The translations under genes were made by a program, and so were the position numbers. Shown here in pieces: positions 13,165-26,500 of a DNA stretch of 64,000 bases. Numbering within the stretch: position 1 is the stretch's first letter; every line of letters begins with the position of its first letter. The DNA comes from Hyphochytrium catenoides. Its lineage: Eukaryota > Protista > Hyphochytriomycota. The stretch is from the NCBI GenBank assembly GCA_900088475.1, contig FLMG01004054.1, positions 1-64,000 on the forward strand, given 5' to 3'. The notes under the pieces were generated by a model. The model made no database searches and had not been told where the DNA came from. It was given only the letters and a program-made list of their open reading frames with translations.

Positions 13165-13584
13165 TAGAAACTTCATCACCGAGATCAGCAAAATACATCT
13201 GAGGAGAGTCAATCCGTGATTCAAAAGAATGTCAAGGCAACTTCAGATAGCTGAAGAACAACGTTGTTGCTCTCATGGCTGGGGCTGCACCTAAACCTCC
13301 TCACATACTACGATGGCGTTCCCTCTATCTTGTAAGAGCAGCTAAGCTCTGTAGCAGTCCAAACCAAAGAAGGGCGAAGCAGGTTGATATTTCCCATTAG
13401 CAACAACAAGTAGTTCTACCATTTCCTGCATACGAGTGAATTGAACAGAGTGTTGGACACTCACTCGTTCCCGCTCCCATACTTGATACGGAGGACACAG
13501 CAGCACAGAAGGCTGAAGCTGAGCTACCTCTCCTCGCCAGCTGTCGGCTTCTGTTAGAATGTAAGTATTATCTCCATCATTAGC

Positions 13585-13640
13585 GCCTGTCTGGGCAAAC
13601 TAGCACTAGTGTGCCTGTCTTGGCAAACTAGCACTACTAG
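13585..13640. repeat. Two-copy 28-bp tandem direct repeat
   Basis: gcctgtctgggcaaactagcactagtgt / gcctgtcttggcaaactagcactactag. Confidence 0.8.
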
Positions 13641-16600
13641 CAGCGTAGTAGTGCCCATTAGTAATGGAAGAAACTCGAAGAATATGGTAAACCATCCTCA
13701 GTTCTTGGCGCGCGATGCCAACTCAACGGTTTTCTGCTGGCAGAAAAGAGATGGGAGATAATGTGTGAACCTGTGATGACCTCCTCTAGCAAGGTTTATG
13801 TTTGCAAGGCTTGTTGTTTGATGACCCAAGCGGCGAGGCTACAAGGATTGACTTAGAAATGAATGAGTGTATCGGTCGAGGTTTTGCAGCAGCACTACTA
13901 TGACCAAAGGAGGGTCCTCCGTTCTATCTACTAAACTGGCGCAGGACGACCACAATCTTCTTCTTAGCGTTTGAGATTTATCCTTAGCAGTGTAGTCAGT
14001 AGCTGTCAATATAATAGTATAATAGAGGGACAGAGAATACCGCCGGCGGAGGCACTACTATTTAGCTGACAGTTTCATTGCGACAGTCGTACATCTGAGC
14101 AGGTGCTGCAGGCAAACTTTTACCTCACCCTTCCGTTTGAGAAGTGTTTCTTCCCAAATAAAAGGTGATGAAGGCTTGCAGAGGATTGATGTTGTTTTAT
14201 TTTTAGCACTTCGACGATGACAATGGCAGATTCACCTCAAGTTATGATGTTATCATCGATGTCCGAAGCCTATTCTTGCAGAGTGGTTTTGATCGTCAGT
14301 GAGGCTCCTATCACCATCTTCTCTATTAATAACATTGATAGTTGTGGACTAGCGTCAGTGTTGTCTAATGTTTTTTGGCGAGAGGGCAAGACTGGAAGTA
14401 TGTTGAGATTTGTGCGCTTCGGCATGAGTTCTGGAGCCATCATCTCCAACGCTGTTCCCGTCCAAGTTTCAGCGACTGCAGACTAAGGTTGACCTTCCTT
14501 CGCTCTCGCGATCCTCACTTTGTTGTGGTGACAGAGTGGGTCCCATTAGTACTGATGCGCAAGGACTGCATGGAAAAGCACCATCAAGGTTGCGAGGGTG
14601 CGTCGTCCAGTGGTCTGGCTTCTTCATCATCCTCTTCATCTTCCTTCATGCTACCTGCTCTGATGGGGTCACGCGACTTCTTCAGCTTCAAGCTTGACGT
14701 GTTTTCTCTTTCCCATATGAAATTGAGCTGGTAGAAGAGCTCTCCAGAAGAAGAAGTGGAGCTAGCTCCCTCATTTATCTGTCCAGTCCGTCCGCCGTCT
14801 CGCTCGAAGTCAAAAGAACCTCCTCAGTGAGTGTCATACGGTCGCTACTTTTGTGGCTCCTTCATAAGTCCACACGATGTGTGTCTCTTTTCTTACGGCT
14901 GCTCTGATGATGATGGTCGCCATTGTTATCTTCCCCACTCACATACAAAGCCAAAAGCAAGAGAATGATGATGATGTAGCAGGAGAGGCTGATAGACAAC
15001 ATCATCATACTCTTCGACGACGACGAAAAAATAGTAGTCAGGCTTTCTGCTGCCTGTTACTTCCTTTTCCTTTATGCAAAAAAGCGGATGATAATCGACA
15101 ATCTTCCGTCCTCGTGTCTGCGTGGTTCTTCTGTTACTCCACCCTTCCATCATCATCTATTGATCCTGACCCAGAGACAACCATTGCCTTTTACCTAGCT
15201 ACCATTAATTGTCTCACGCCTTTGAGGCTCTGCTCTCCTTCAAGCGACCTGGCAGCCATGCTACCGCTAGCAAGACAAGCGCCTGTCTTTGCTTTTTGCG
15301 ATCGCTCTCCAGCAGCCCCACCCAGTCAGGGTAACCACAACCGCTATTTTCACTCCTTCGTTTGGCTTCTTATTACCACTCGTCTCTCAGTCTTTAGTAG
15401 CACCAAAACCTATCCAATTCTTCTGAGCTCATTCTGCCTGCTTTTAGCCCAATCGCATCACGCCATCACAGACGATAGAACTATGTGGCCATCACAAAGT
15501 AATGCTGCTGCTGCCAAAGTGGACAGTCGAGCATCTCCTTGAGCCACTGATCGGCGGACAATCTGCTGCCCAAAGTCAAGCAAGAAATCCAGCAGCTCCT
15601 CCCAACACTCGTCCATTATCGGCGTCGCAATGGCGTTAGCAGCTGTTCAGGAGGATGCTGGCGCGCAAAATCTGAAGGGCCAAAGGGATCACTGACCTAA
15701 AGGTCTTTAAGCCATAGATTTTGTTCCTAGTCGTACCATCAAGAGGCTCGCCCGTTGTGGCACAGGCCACAATGCTAAGAATCTTGGATCCTTCCCGAAG
15801 CATGTCGTGATTCTGTAAGATCCCAGTATTGGTAGTAATTCTCTCCACGTTTGGGTCAAGTACAACTCTGTTTACACTAGGTTTAATCTTCTCTTAGCGT
15901 TCCTTTAGGTTGAGCCTCCTAGTATCGTCGTATTTGGGTAGACCAAGGTTAGAGGTGTGTAGTAACCTGTATGTAACCCCCAAAAAGAATGGCCCTTGTG
16001 ATTGATAGGCAGGAAATTGGGACCCATTTGGGGAGGTCCGACCCCCCTCGCGAGCCCAAGTCCCCTTGTACTTATACTTAAGTACGGGTTTATTTTCTGG
16101 AGGCTTCTCATCCACAACTTGGATATTTGGACTTGGGGAGGGTGCACCGGTACTGATACAAGGCCATGGCCCTTTTCCTAGGCAAGAGAGAGACATATTG
16201 TAAGTCGGAGAGGAGACAAGCCATAATGATTACTGGTGCTAATGCAAGACAGAGAGAGTGAGAGGGAGACAGAGCGACAGAGCGAGAGAAAGGAGGAGGG
16301 AGGGAGGACAGCTAACTGTTGCCCTCTTGACCTGCCCGCCCCTCATCCTCGTCGTCCTTCCCCTTCCCACTGTCTTCTTTCTTCCTTTCTCTCGGTACTT
16401 CCCTGGCTTCTTCCTGCTCCGTGTCCCTCCTCTCCCGCTCTTGGTCTTTCCATTCCTAGCTGAGAAGAGGAAGAAGAAAGTGGCTAACAACTGAGAGAGA
16501 GATCTCGTTCTCCGTCATCATCTCGTCCTCTACAAAGATGGCTTCTTCCGCGTTGTCTTGTGATCTCATGTCTTCCTTGTTCTGATTGTCCTACGCCGTA

Positions 16601-17360
16601 GAGAGATAGGACTTGGCTCACCACAGTGCTATAGATGGGAAGTGTTTAGCAGCTAGCTTGATGATAAGGATCGCCTGCTGATGATCAGAGGAGGGCAGCA
16701 GAGAGACAGAGAGAAAAAAAGTTGGTGTATCTTCTTCATTGTTGTTGCCGCTTGTTCAATAATCTCGTCGTACCGTCTGACCCGTTGGGCTGTTCAGCAC
16801 TTCCACCTCCCCCTCCTCTCTCTCCCCTCTTGCTGCTTCTTCGACACACAATCTGTACGAAGGAGTGTATTCGTCGAGCATGAGCCATCATGGGCCAGTA
16901 ACAAGAAAGAGATGCAATGTCCTAGTGGAGCGACTAAAGACAAAGGCAAAGGGATTGGGCCAATGTCAAAGGAGCACTTTCGTCTTCCGTACCCACAAAT
17001 AAAAGGAAGACTGGTCGTGGAGACGCACCACCTTAGCTTTGTCATGATAAGTCGTCTCTTCAGAACTTGTATTGCCCTCACAGGGTTACTTACCGAAAAT
17101 CTGACTCGTTGGCTAAGGTGTATTACGGTGACCCTGGGTGAGCACTGCTGAGGCCGTTAACTCCCCTGATTGGAGCGGACAGTGTGCAGCTTCTCAAGAG
17201 GCACAATAAAAACTTTAGACTGGAGTCAACGATTCATACCGATGGTTGCAGCATCAACTTGACGCTGCACTATTCATCAAAGAGCTCGCTAATGCCAATG
17301 ACCATAAGGGAAGTCTAGCGTTAACTGGAGAGACCTCTAAACCGAAGAGAAGCGCAAGAG

Positions 17361-18107
17361 ATGTCCAGACGGCGGCATACCGCAGGTGGAGCCAATTCCC
17401 CTTACAGCCGTGAGGTGCCAGAATCGGCGCCGCAGCCGCCCTCCTCGTCCCTAACCTGCTTGTACAAGCGCGGTCGTTGCAAGAACCCCAGAGCTATAAA
17501 GAAAAATGGAAAGCCCCACACACTGTGCGAGTACCATCGCCAAAAGCAGATAACATACCAAAGAAATTTTGAGCAGAAAGTTAGGCTAGCCCAAGAGAGA
17601 CAGCTCGGCAGTGGTTCTGACTCCGAGCAGATCGCCCTAGACTTGTCGCCACCGGCCAGTAGTGTGCCTGCCACATCTTCGGATGAGGGTGATCCCAACC
17701 TTAACATTTTCCAGCTGTCAGAGGGACCTCCAATAGGCTCTCCACATTTCCAAGCCCAGTCAATGCACCAAACCCTATTGCCGCATCATCTATTCAGGAA
17801 TCTACGATCGGCAGAAAGTCCAACCTTTCAGTTCTTGGAGCAGCTCTTTCAGACCAACAATAGCGCTTTGCATGCACCTTCAAGGGGTCCAAACCCAAGA
17901 TCGGTATCCGGGTTGGACCCATCAGTCTTCAATCCGAACCAGGCTTTAATCAGCTGGGAAGAGAGATCATTAGAGGGGGAGGGATCAAGCACCGAGATGA
18001 CCATTAGTGACGATGTGCTGTGTGACGCCATTGGCATCCTGTGTGACGATGATGATGACCACGGAGAAGATGAACACAAGTTTGACCTTCATTTTCCGTC
18101 TCGATAG
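17361..18107 (+). CDS. Second putative CCCH zinc-binding regulator, paralog of 1199-2299, single exon, 248 aa
   Basis: Motif CLYKRGRCKNPRAIKKNGKPHTLCEYHRQKQITYQRNFEQK. Acidic C-terminus with a hydrophobic helix (DVLCDAIGILCDD). Confidence 0.8.
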   Translation: MSRRRHTAGGANSPYSREVPESAPQPPSSSLTCLYKRGRCKNPRAIKKNGKPHTLCEYHRQKQITYQRNFEQKVRLAQERQLGSGSDSEQIALDLSPPASSVPATSSDEGDPNLNIFQLSEGPPIGSPHFQAQSMHQTLLPHHLFRNLRSAESPTFQFLEQLFQTNNSALHAPSRGPNPRSVSGLDPSVFNPNQALISWEERSLEGEGSSTEMTISDDVLCDAIGILCDDDDDHGEDEHKFDLHFPSR

Positions 18108-18266
18108 CCTTCGGCAAGCGCAGTATGGCGAGCTAAGTGGCCATATAAGTTACCTGCTATTTATCCGGGACAGTAGAGTCCCATGTGAATAATAAGAATA
18201 AATAATTGACTTCTTTTATGAGCTCCATAGACCCACATTCTGGTGCTCCTCCGCCTATGATGAGCG

Positions 18267-19512
18267 TCAATTTGTTTCCGGGTAAGAATCCATCATGGAC
18301 TTCTGTCTTGCCCTCATATGCTGCTGCAGTTGATTCTCAGCTCTCTCAATACGGTGCTCTAGACGACGACGACGGCGATCTTGACTTGCCAGTTCCCTCT
18401 CCTGGCGCCGCTGTTGCTGATATGGAGTATTTCCCAAAAGTGCGGCGTCGACCGCGTCGATCCTTTTCTGAATCTCATCAAGATACGGTCTTTCAGCCTC
18501 AATTCGGTTCTGCACGAGTGCATTCAATTTCCGGCAGCTATCGATGCTCTGTCTTTGGCCCACTGCCTCCACGTCAGAGGTAAACCTGTCATAGATCTCA
18601 TTAGCCCTGGTACCTTCATAAGCCATCTCTCCATCTCCGTCATAATCTTCACGGCTCGAGGCATTCCAGCTGTCCACTTTCCCTTTCATATCATCCACGT
18701 CCACGAGCTCGTCCCGTTTGGACCCACTCCGTGCCGTGTGCAGGGAAACGTCTGCAGAGCTAGTATTATGGCGAACACAGTCTTCAGGCCTACCGCCCCG
18801 TACTAAGAGGGTAGTCCTGTTCTTTACCTGTTATAACAGGTGGAGAAGAAGAAAAACTCAACCTGCTATGATTTGGTACCATTCGTAGCATGGCTCTTAC
18901 CTCCTGTTGTGATGTGGGACTGCCGAAGGTCTGTGAAAGACCACCTGTGCGAGCCTCTGTAGGCGTTTTGACAAATCAGGAGAGTGGCTTTAACAGCGCA
19001 GACTAACTTTTGGTCTTCTAGGACTCACCTAACAAAGCCCTGGCAGGTGGTACTTGGTTGAGGTCAGGATAGGCGATGCTGCGAAGATTTTCCAATTCTC
19101 TTTTACAGCTGTTGCCTCGGACATGCTGCGCGTTCGCATCAGGCAATACCGGATAGTACCTAGGCTGACTGTCGCTGCACCTTGGATTTGTCAGGTTCAG
19201 CGGCTGATAATTTTCAATTTTGGAACCGATTTCTGTCGGGAGAGGATAATGGGGGTCCGCGGCAGAATAGGGATTATGGCTTGCTTGGCGGGCTGCTGCG
19301 GTGACTACTGGAGCATGACTCGTATTACTACTATCGTCGTCAAACTCAGCAGAGAGCAACGCGTCCGCCGCCTCCTCGTTCTCTAGATATCGTCCAAGGC
19401 GAGCTGTTGCTGATGCTACTGGAAGTCTTCTTGGATTGGCGCCAGTGGTCTCATCCCCCTGGTCAAATGCTGCAGCTAACAGCTCGTCCTCATCTTCTTG
19501 TTCATCATCCAT
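18267..19512 (-). CDS. Hypothetical protein with acidic N-terminus and C-terminal coiled coil, about 3 exons
   Basis: ORFs 19018-19512 and 18267-18704 are joined in frame through GT-AG introns and a short middle exon (~18899-18957). Confidence 0.6.
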
Positions 19513-20532
19513 TGCGGTGTGACGCGTGTTTCTGCTACCGCAATGGGTGGTTCCTTGATGTCAAGAAATATTGTAAGGTGTTCTATTACTACCAATAGCT
19601 GCGGCCTGACATACAGAAGGGACCGCGAATGGGCAGCTCTTCTGTCGCGCCAAAAGCTTCGAAATCATCAACATATCTGGACATGTAGGTCTAAAGGCCT
19701 TTACTTGAAGATTGACCGTGCCTCCATACAAAGAGTACTCTTCGCTCGTCAAAGCATCAAAATCAGAATGTAATTTTTATAAGTCCTGAAATCGTCAAGC
19801 GCTGACGAGTTATCAAACCCAATGGCACTCAGTTACTGTCTCAAATAGTTTTTTATCACTCCGTTTCACATACTCCGGAGTAGATTTCACCTATCGAAAC
19901 GTTTTCTTCCAGAGACAAGTTCAGAGAACGCATTCTACAGATTCTCGAGTAACCCAGTGTGCAAGGCCTTTGGTATGAGAAATGCTATTATACTACAAGA
20001 TTCTTCTCAATCTTCTACCAACTTCACGATGCCCTGAGGCGCGTGAAAGCGCATGGTGGGACCGTGAGCACTAGCCTGGCACAGCGGACGTGGATGAGCT
20101 ACAGCAGCAGCATGGAAGATGCAGGAAATTTTAAAAGGCATTGCAGCTCTTTGCAAAACCGAATAGCAACAATGACGTTAGCAGTGCATGGAGGCTAAGT
20201 CCTCCACATCAGCGCATTCTAGGCACTCACAGCGCCTAAGGTTCTATCAAGAGTGACAGCGCAATACTTTCAGTCTAGCAACCTTTTCTACCTCATTGTT
20301 GCGTAAACGAATAGCTCTTCTACGCCGAATAGCTCGTCTACGCTGCGTAGTAAGCCTATCCCCCAAGCTTTAGTGGTTGCGATAGGTAGGTAGGCTTTTG
20401 TCCTGAGGATTCATAGTGAGCGCCAGCTAAGCCTCAAACCACCTGCGACCGCCCTTTGTGTCCTGATTATCAACCTTAGTAGTACAGAGGCTTTTGTCGG
20501 TATTGACCATAATGCCCTTCTTTATAGTAAGG

Positions 20533-23500
20533 ATGACGACTACAAGGAAGTCATCAATAAGCGGACTCCGGACAAGTGCCAATATGACTCCTGCTCCTTC
20601 TACTAGAGGAGACGCCAAGCTGACCCTGGAGCGCGTCTTAGGAATTACCTCCTCTCATAACTCTTCGATAGCTATTAACCCCCACACAGGGGAGGTAGCT
20701 TATCCTGCAGGATGCGTTGTGGTTATTTACTGTCCTCGAAGAAACAGACAGGTAATTCAGGGCCATCAGCTTCTGAGTTCGAAAGTTGTGAAACATAGAT
20801 GGTGCTCTCTAGGTGCGCTTCTTTCGTTCTAGCAAAAGTGTTTCCTGTTTAAGCTTCTCCCGGGATGGAAGATACCTGGCGGTCGGTGAGAGGGGTCACC
20901 AGCCGTCCGTCCTCGTTTGGGACATGGACAATGGTGATCTTAAGGCAGACCTCAAAGCGCATAAGTTCGGTGAGTAGCGCACATTGGCGAAACCTGAACT
21001 AGCTTTGTCTGATCCCACGCCTGCAGGAGTCTCTTGCTTGGCCTTCTCAGATGATGCCAGACACCTCGTATCTGTGGGCTTCAGACATGACCGCTACCTC
21101 TATCTATGGGACTGGCAGAGTACTAACCAAAAAGTGTTAGCCTCCAGTAAGATTTCTCAAAAGGTATATGCCTGTTTCCCCTCACCGTTTATTGAAGACG
21201 TCAGTTACTAACAACTCGCCGTTAGGTATACTCAATTGATTTTTCGGAGGACGGCTCTTTCTTCGTCACCTGTGGGGAAAAGCATGTAAAGTTTTGGCAT
21301 GTCGCTTCCAAGGAAGAGCTCCTTGCGTCTGCGAAAGGGGACGGGGTTGCCCAGTTGGATGGCCGTGCCGCTGTCATGGCAGCACATAAAGACGCAACTT
21401 TTATCGACGTGGCTTGCAGCCGAGGTGAGCGAAGGGTGTACCCTACCTCTAGAATGGGCGTAAACTAAATTTCAAGCAACTGCAGGAGTTGATTCGGCCC
21501 AAGGAAACACAGTTTTCTGTATAACTTCGCATGGCGTCCTATGTTCTTTTGGTCCTTCGCGCTTGATGGAGCGATGGGTCTCGCTCGAGACCACTGCGGG
21601 CTATTCCCTTTCAGTTACTTCCCAGTATGTGATGTGCGGCTGTGCCAACGGCGTCGTGCGGCTCTTTGATCCCTGGACTCTCCAGTACATCACGACCCTG
21701 CCTCGTCCACCGCATTTCGGAGGTCCGCCCTTGCTGTGTCCCGTCAACTCCATTGTTCTATTTTCTTAAATATTCGTCATCCTATCCTCCACATATATTT
21801 GCCTTCTTCAATTCTCTCTGGTGTCTCACCCTGATAATCCCTGACCTCAAGTGCTCCACTAGGCCTCAATGAGCCTCCAAACAACCGACTGGGCGAGAGT
21901 GACGCACCTCTCAGTCCCGACGGTAGTCGCTCTGGGGTGCAGTATGGAGCTTCGATATGCCTTCGAGCGACAGGTATCCTCCTTCCTTGACAAATGTAGA
22001 GTATCTTGTGGGGCACTGTGGTACTGTCTTCTAACTCCCTCTGCTGGTTCCATTAGTCCTGTGCACCAATGGCAGTTACTGAAGGCTTGGCTGTAAACGT
22101 GGAGTTTCTCCCTCGCTGGCCCACGTGGCTGTTGATTTATTTACCTCCCCTATGCTCATTGAGCTTCCCCGACTGGCTCAGTCTATCTTCTAGCATCCCT
22201 ACTCTCGATGATTTTTGCGTGGCATCTAATGGTTTGTTCTCACCAGGTGCAAAGGTAGTGGTTTTGTATAGTGATAGGAGCCTGTTCTTCTGGGACGTCA
22301 AGGACATAACGAACATTGGACGACATAGATCTTTCGCTTTTCATAGCGCTTGCATCTGGGACCTCCAGGTGTCGTCACAGGGGACTGCTTCTCGTACCGC
22401 GTCTGTCCACACCGGCACAGCGAAAGCGGGAGGAGTTGATGTCGGCCGAGAACTGCCTCCTGGTAGCTTTGTAACCTGCTCTACTGACAATACGATTCGA
22501 TTCTGGAACCTGGATGTCAACAAAAGGCGGACAGAAGCAAGTGGCGACAGGGACAACACAGAAGACACAAAGAAGTGGCAGATTCCATACAGTAAGGAGC
22601 TTCTTCATGTGATCTATATCGATGACCCCAAGGACTTCAGGGCGGCAGCTATGAATCCCGCCTTTAAGGACCCACAAGAGAACAGAGTTCTTGGAGGGAG
22701 TTGCACAAGCCACGGCATGTTGGACACGGAGATACCCGAGAAGCCGGATACCGGGGCAGGTATTGAGATCACGATGTCGACCTAGGCCCTCTTAGCTTGA
22801 TCTATTCACCTTCATCCCTACTCAGAGTAGATCTTCTCACGTTACTAGTCTTTGCTTTGCTCGTTAGATTTAATGTATCTTGTAGCATGTACTTGTTGTC
22901 TTTCTAGTTCACTCTATTCTCAAGTTTTGCCTTTATAGGCCTACGCAGTCTCGCCTTGCATCCTGAAAGCAGACATATCGCGTCAGGAGACAAGCAAGGG
23001 AACCTGCGGGTTCATGACCTGTCAACTATGAAGCTGATAAGTCTACAAGCAGCCCATGACACCGAGATTCTCTCTTTAGACTACTCTCCAATCATTGAAG
23101 TAGAACATAACAAAGACTCGGTGAGAGAAAGGCGAGATATTCTCCTGGCCACCGGGAGCCGAGACCGATTGGTCCACATATTTGACGTCAACCGGAAGTA
23201 CGCCCTTCGACAAACATTAGAGAACCACTCTGCCTCAGTCACAGCCATTAAGTTCTCTAAAGATGGAAGGCATATCTTCAGCTGTGGAGGCGACAAGACG
23301 ATCGTTTTGTCGTCCCTTGACGACAAGACAGTGCGTCGCACGAAGTCCATTGCTGTCCCTTATGGCACTGTCTTTGATCTAGACGTCGATGCAACAAGCA
23401 AATACTTGGTCACCTCTGGACAAGACAAGAGGCTTAATATCTGGAGCATAAACACAGGAAAGCACGTGAGGTAGGCAAAGTACCGTTAAAGTCTTTCCCC

Positions 23501-26500
23501 CTTGTCTTTACAATGGTCCAAGGACCATACATTGTTTGGTGCGTTTCGCTGTAGAAAGTGCCTACAGTCATGTATCCCTCCATCATTGTCTTGTTTCATC
23601 TATGGCCACCTTGGATAAGCCTTTTATTTGATGGGCAGTCTTGCTCTATCCTTTGATCCAAGTCCAAAAAGTCCTTGACAGTTCACACTCTTACCTAACA
23701 CGTTACGTCCTAGGAGCTACAAACCTCAAGGAGAGGGAGGAGAGCTCTTCAAAGTTCAGTTGGATCCAGCAGGAGTGTACGCTGCAGCTTGTAGCTTCGA
23801 CAAATGGATCAGGCTATTCGATTTTTACTCTGGTGCTTGCGTGGCCAAGGTCTCAGGGCATAGTGAACTAATAACTGGAGTGAAGTTCACGCCAGACTGC
23901 AGGAGGTAACAGACGGGACGCACAGAGAGAGCTCTCTGCCATAGAATGATCTTTTTAGCTCTGAGTAATCACACGGAGGACCACCGCGGCCGCTGGGGGA
24001 GAAGCCGCCAGGAAGTGGTCCACCCCACTTATATCCTTCTGTTCTCCAATTGTCTCATCGCTTAGGGGACTTAGCCCTGTCTCTGGTGTTCCATATATAT
24101 CTGATGGTGATACTATCTTCTCTCCCTTATATTCAAGCAAATAATTGCCCTAATTTTAGGTTGATATCGGTCGGGGGAGATGGATGCATATTTGTGTGGA
24201 GGCTGGCGCCGGAGCTAACTGCGGCTATAAAAGGAAGACATGCTGAACTCTTTGGCCACCAACCACTTCAGTCCAGCGAGGACGAGATAATGGCAGATAA
24301 CAAGGACCCAGGGGTGGAGGCAGAGGACCAGGTGGGGCTAGGAAATGGCACAGGCACAAGACAAATGACTTTCTATCAACAGTAATTCTCCGGTCATACT
24401 TATGCAATGTGCCACTTTCTTTTGACAAACCAGGCTAAGCCGCAGCATCAAATAGGGGGGCGGCTGATAGGACTTACCGACCATGTTGAGGATAGTATAC
24501 ATCTTCTTTCTGAGTCTCCACCTGAGCCACCCTCCACTAGAAAAGCACGCGAAGGGAAAGTGGCTGGAAGGGGAACTCCAGAGGTAAGACTCTCGCAAGA
24601 TCATGCCTTGCAACAAGACCTAGCCGATACGTTCTCAATTGTTTTGATTCATGCTAGCTCTTGAGGGTCTCAGAGTTCTATCAAATATTATCAAACTATC
24701 ACTGTCAGATTGGCTTGAAGATTACTTATAGCATTTTGGCAACTATTTCAGTTTGCATTCACGGCTTTCGTCTTGAAGCCATCCTTCAGTTCGTGCTCAC
24801 ACCACGGTTGGTTGTGCTTGAACCTGTGCAGCTGAAAGACAATAAGAAACGTAGAGATCACTTGCATCAGCTTCTGGAGAAGAGTGCGCCTTCATTAAGC
24901 CAGAAAAGGCCTATCTCGACAGCAGTGGAGGAAACGGAACGAGCACAAGCGGGTCAGAGTAGAGACACGAAACTGCTCCTCGCTAGCTGTCAACGTTTTG
25001 TCTCTCACTTGGAGAGTACCTTACAGCCGCTATGCCACTTGACCAAGGGGTTCTTCTCCTTGGTGTCTAAAACACTGTCAATTCCCCCAGACGACCGAAA
25101 AGGCCTAACTCTTACCTGTTGTTTCCGCTCTCCTTCTGCATCGCCTGGGCATTCTACGCCAAACCGAGCTAGATGCCCCTATTTGTCTTCATTGGTACTA
25201 GAATCCCTCCGTTCTTGCTTACATCTTATTGCGGTTGACAGCACTTCTTCTAAGCCTGGTTCCCACTATGTTTGCCTTTGACTGTATAGTGCGGCCTCTA
25301 ACTGCATTGGACAAGGACAAACTGCCTGCTTGGGCCAGAACAACAAAACTGCCATCAGAGGGTCCTGGAGAAACCACCAATAAGAACGCCCAGGCAGAAG
25401 AAAAGGACAGAAAAAGCACCAAGGTAGAGAGCAGGTGGGCTCAGCGAAGCCAAGAGGACTATGAGCTGTTCAGCGAACAAACTGCAGGAACAGATAAGTT
25501 GGGCGACGCTGTCACTTCTCCAGACAAGCTTTCCGCAATTCTAGGTGCGACCAGCAAGGAATACTCTGTTTTAGATAGGGACAAAGCGAAAGAAACTTGG
25601 AATGAGACAATGATGTCCAAGAACCTAGAGCAGGATGATGTGCTTATGGATGAGCCTCAAGCATTACAAGAGAGAAGCGGACTTTCTCCTCCACCCTTGA
25701 CGAGCAGAACAGAGGCAGGAAAGGATGAAGAGGAGGAGGAGACAAGCAGTGTTGTTTATTATATGAAGTCTGATATGGAGGACAGAGGGCTCACCTTCAA
25801 CGTGGCTCTAAAAACAGAAGGTGTGCTGCTTAGTCTGAATTTGGATATCCCACTCTTGGATGTGTGAAAATCGATCCTCCAGTTGCTTTCCTTGAGTGTA
25901 GTCGGTGAGAGATCCTCTTTGTGTCCGACTGGCCGCTATGCCGGTGTGCTTACCGCTCTCTTGTGGATCTCTATTGGTAGTTAAAGAGCCTCAGCCATTG
26001 ATGGACACGACAAGCGAGGCGGAGGAGCCTCAAAGTTCCGTGTTGGAGGAACAGTTCAAGCAGAGAGAAGAACAGAGCGGAAAGCAGCTGCAGAGGGAAG
26101 TTCTTCTTCTTGAAGCAAGTGATAAAATGGAGGTCCGTCCCTCTAGTTTCTTCCCATCTCTACGCAAGCTGGCTAGTTTCGTTTTCCGTTGGCGGCCTGG
26201 CGTCTTGAGATCCACTAGGTGGATCACACGTCACCCTTCTGCCCATCCAGAGTCATTCTAAAGTGAACCTATGAATCGCATTCCATTTCTCAACCACCGC
26301 TTCGTTCTTTCCGGTAGGTCGAAAAAGGAGAAAACGACTTCGATAGGCTCAACCTGAGGAACAGCTTATCCAGGAACTACTTTAAGGGTGCAACAGAGGG
26401 CCGAGCAGACAAAGATGACGGAGATAAAGGCCAGGAGGGAGACGAAGAGCACTCCTCGGCGCCAAAGGTGCTTGCCTCCCCATCTTCCCCTATCGCTGCT

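Noticed and set aside
13690-13702. Hammerhead-like CTGAGGA on the minus strand (also CTGACGA at ~19802)
   Set aside because: No GAAA after a stem II, so the catalytic core is incomplete.
15185-15194. U5 snRNA loop-I-like TGCCTTTTAC
   Set aside because: Flanks do not form the U5 stem and no Sm site is evident.
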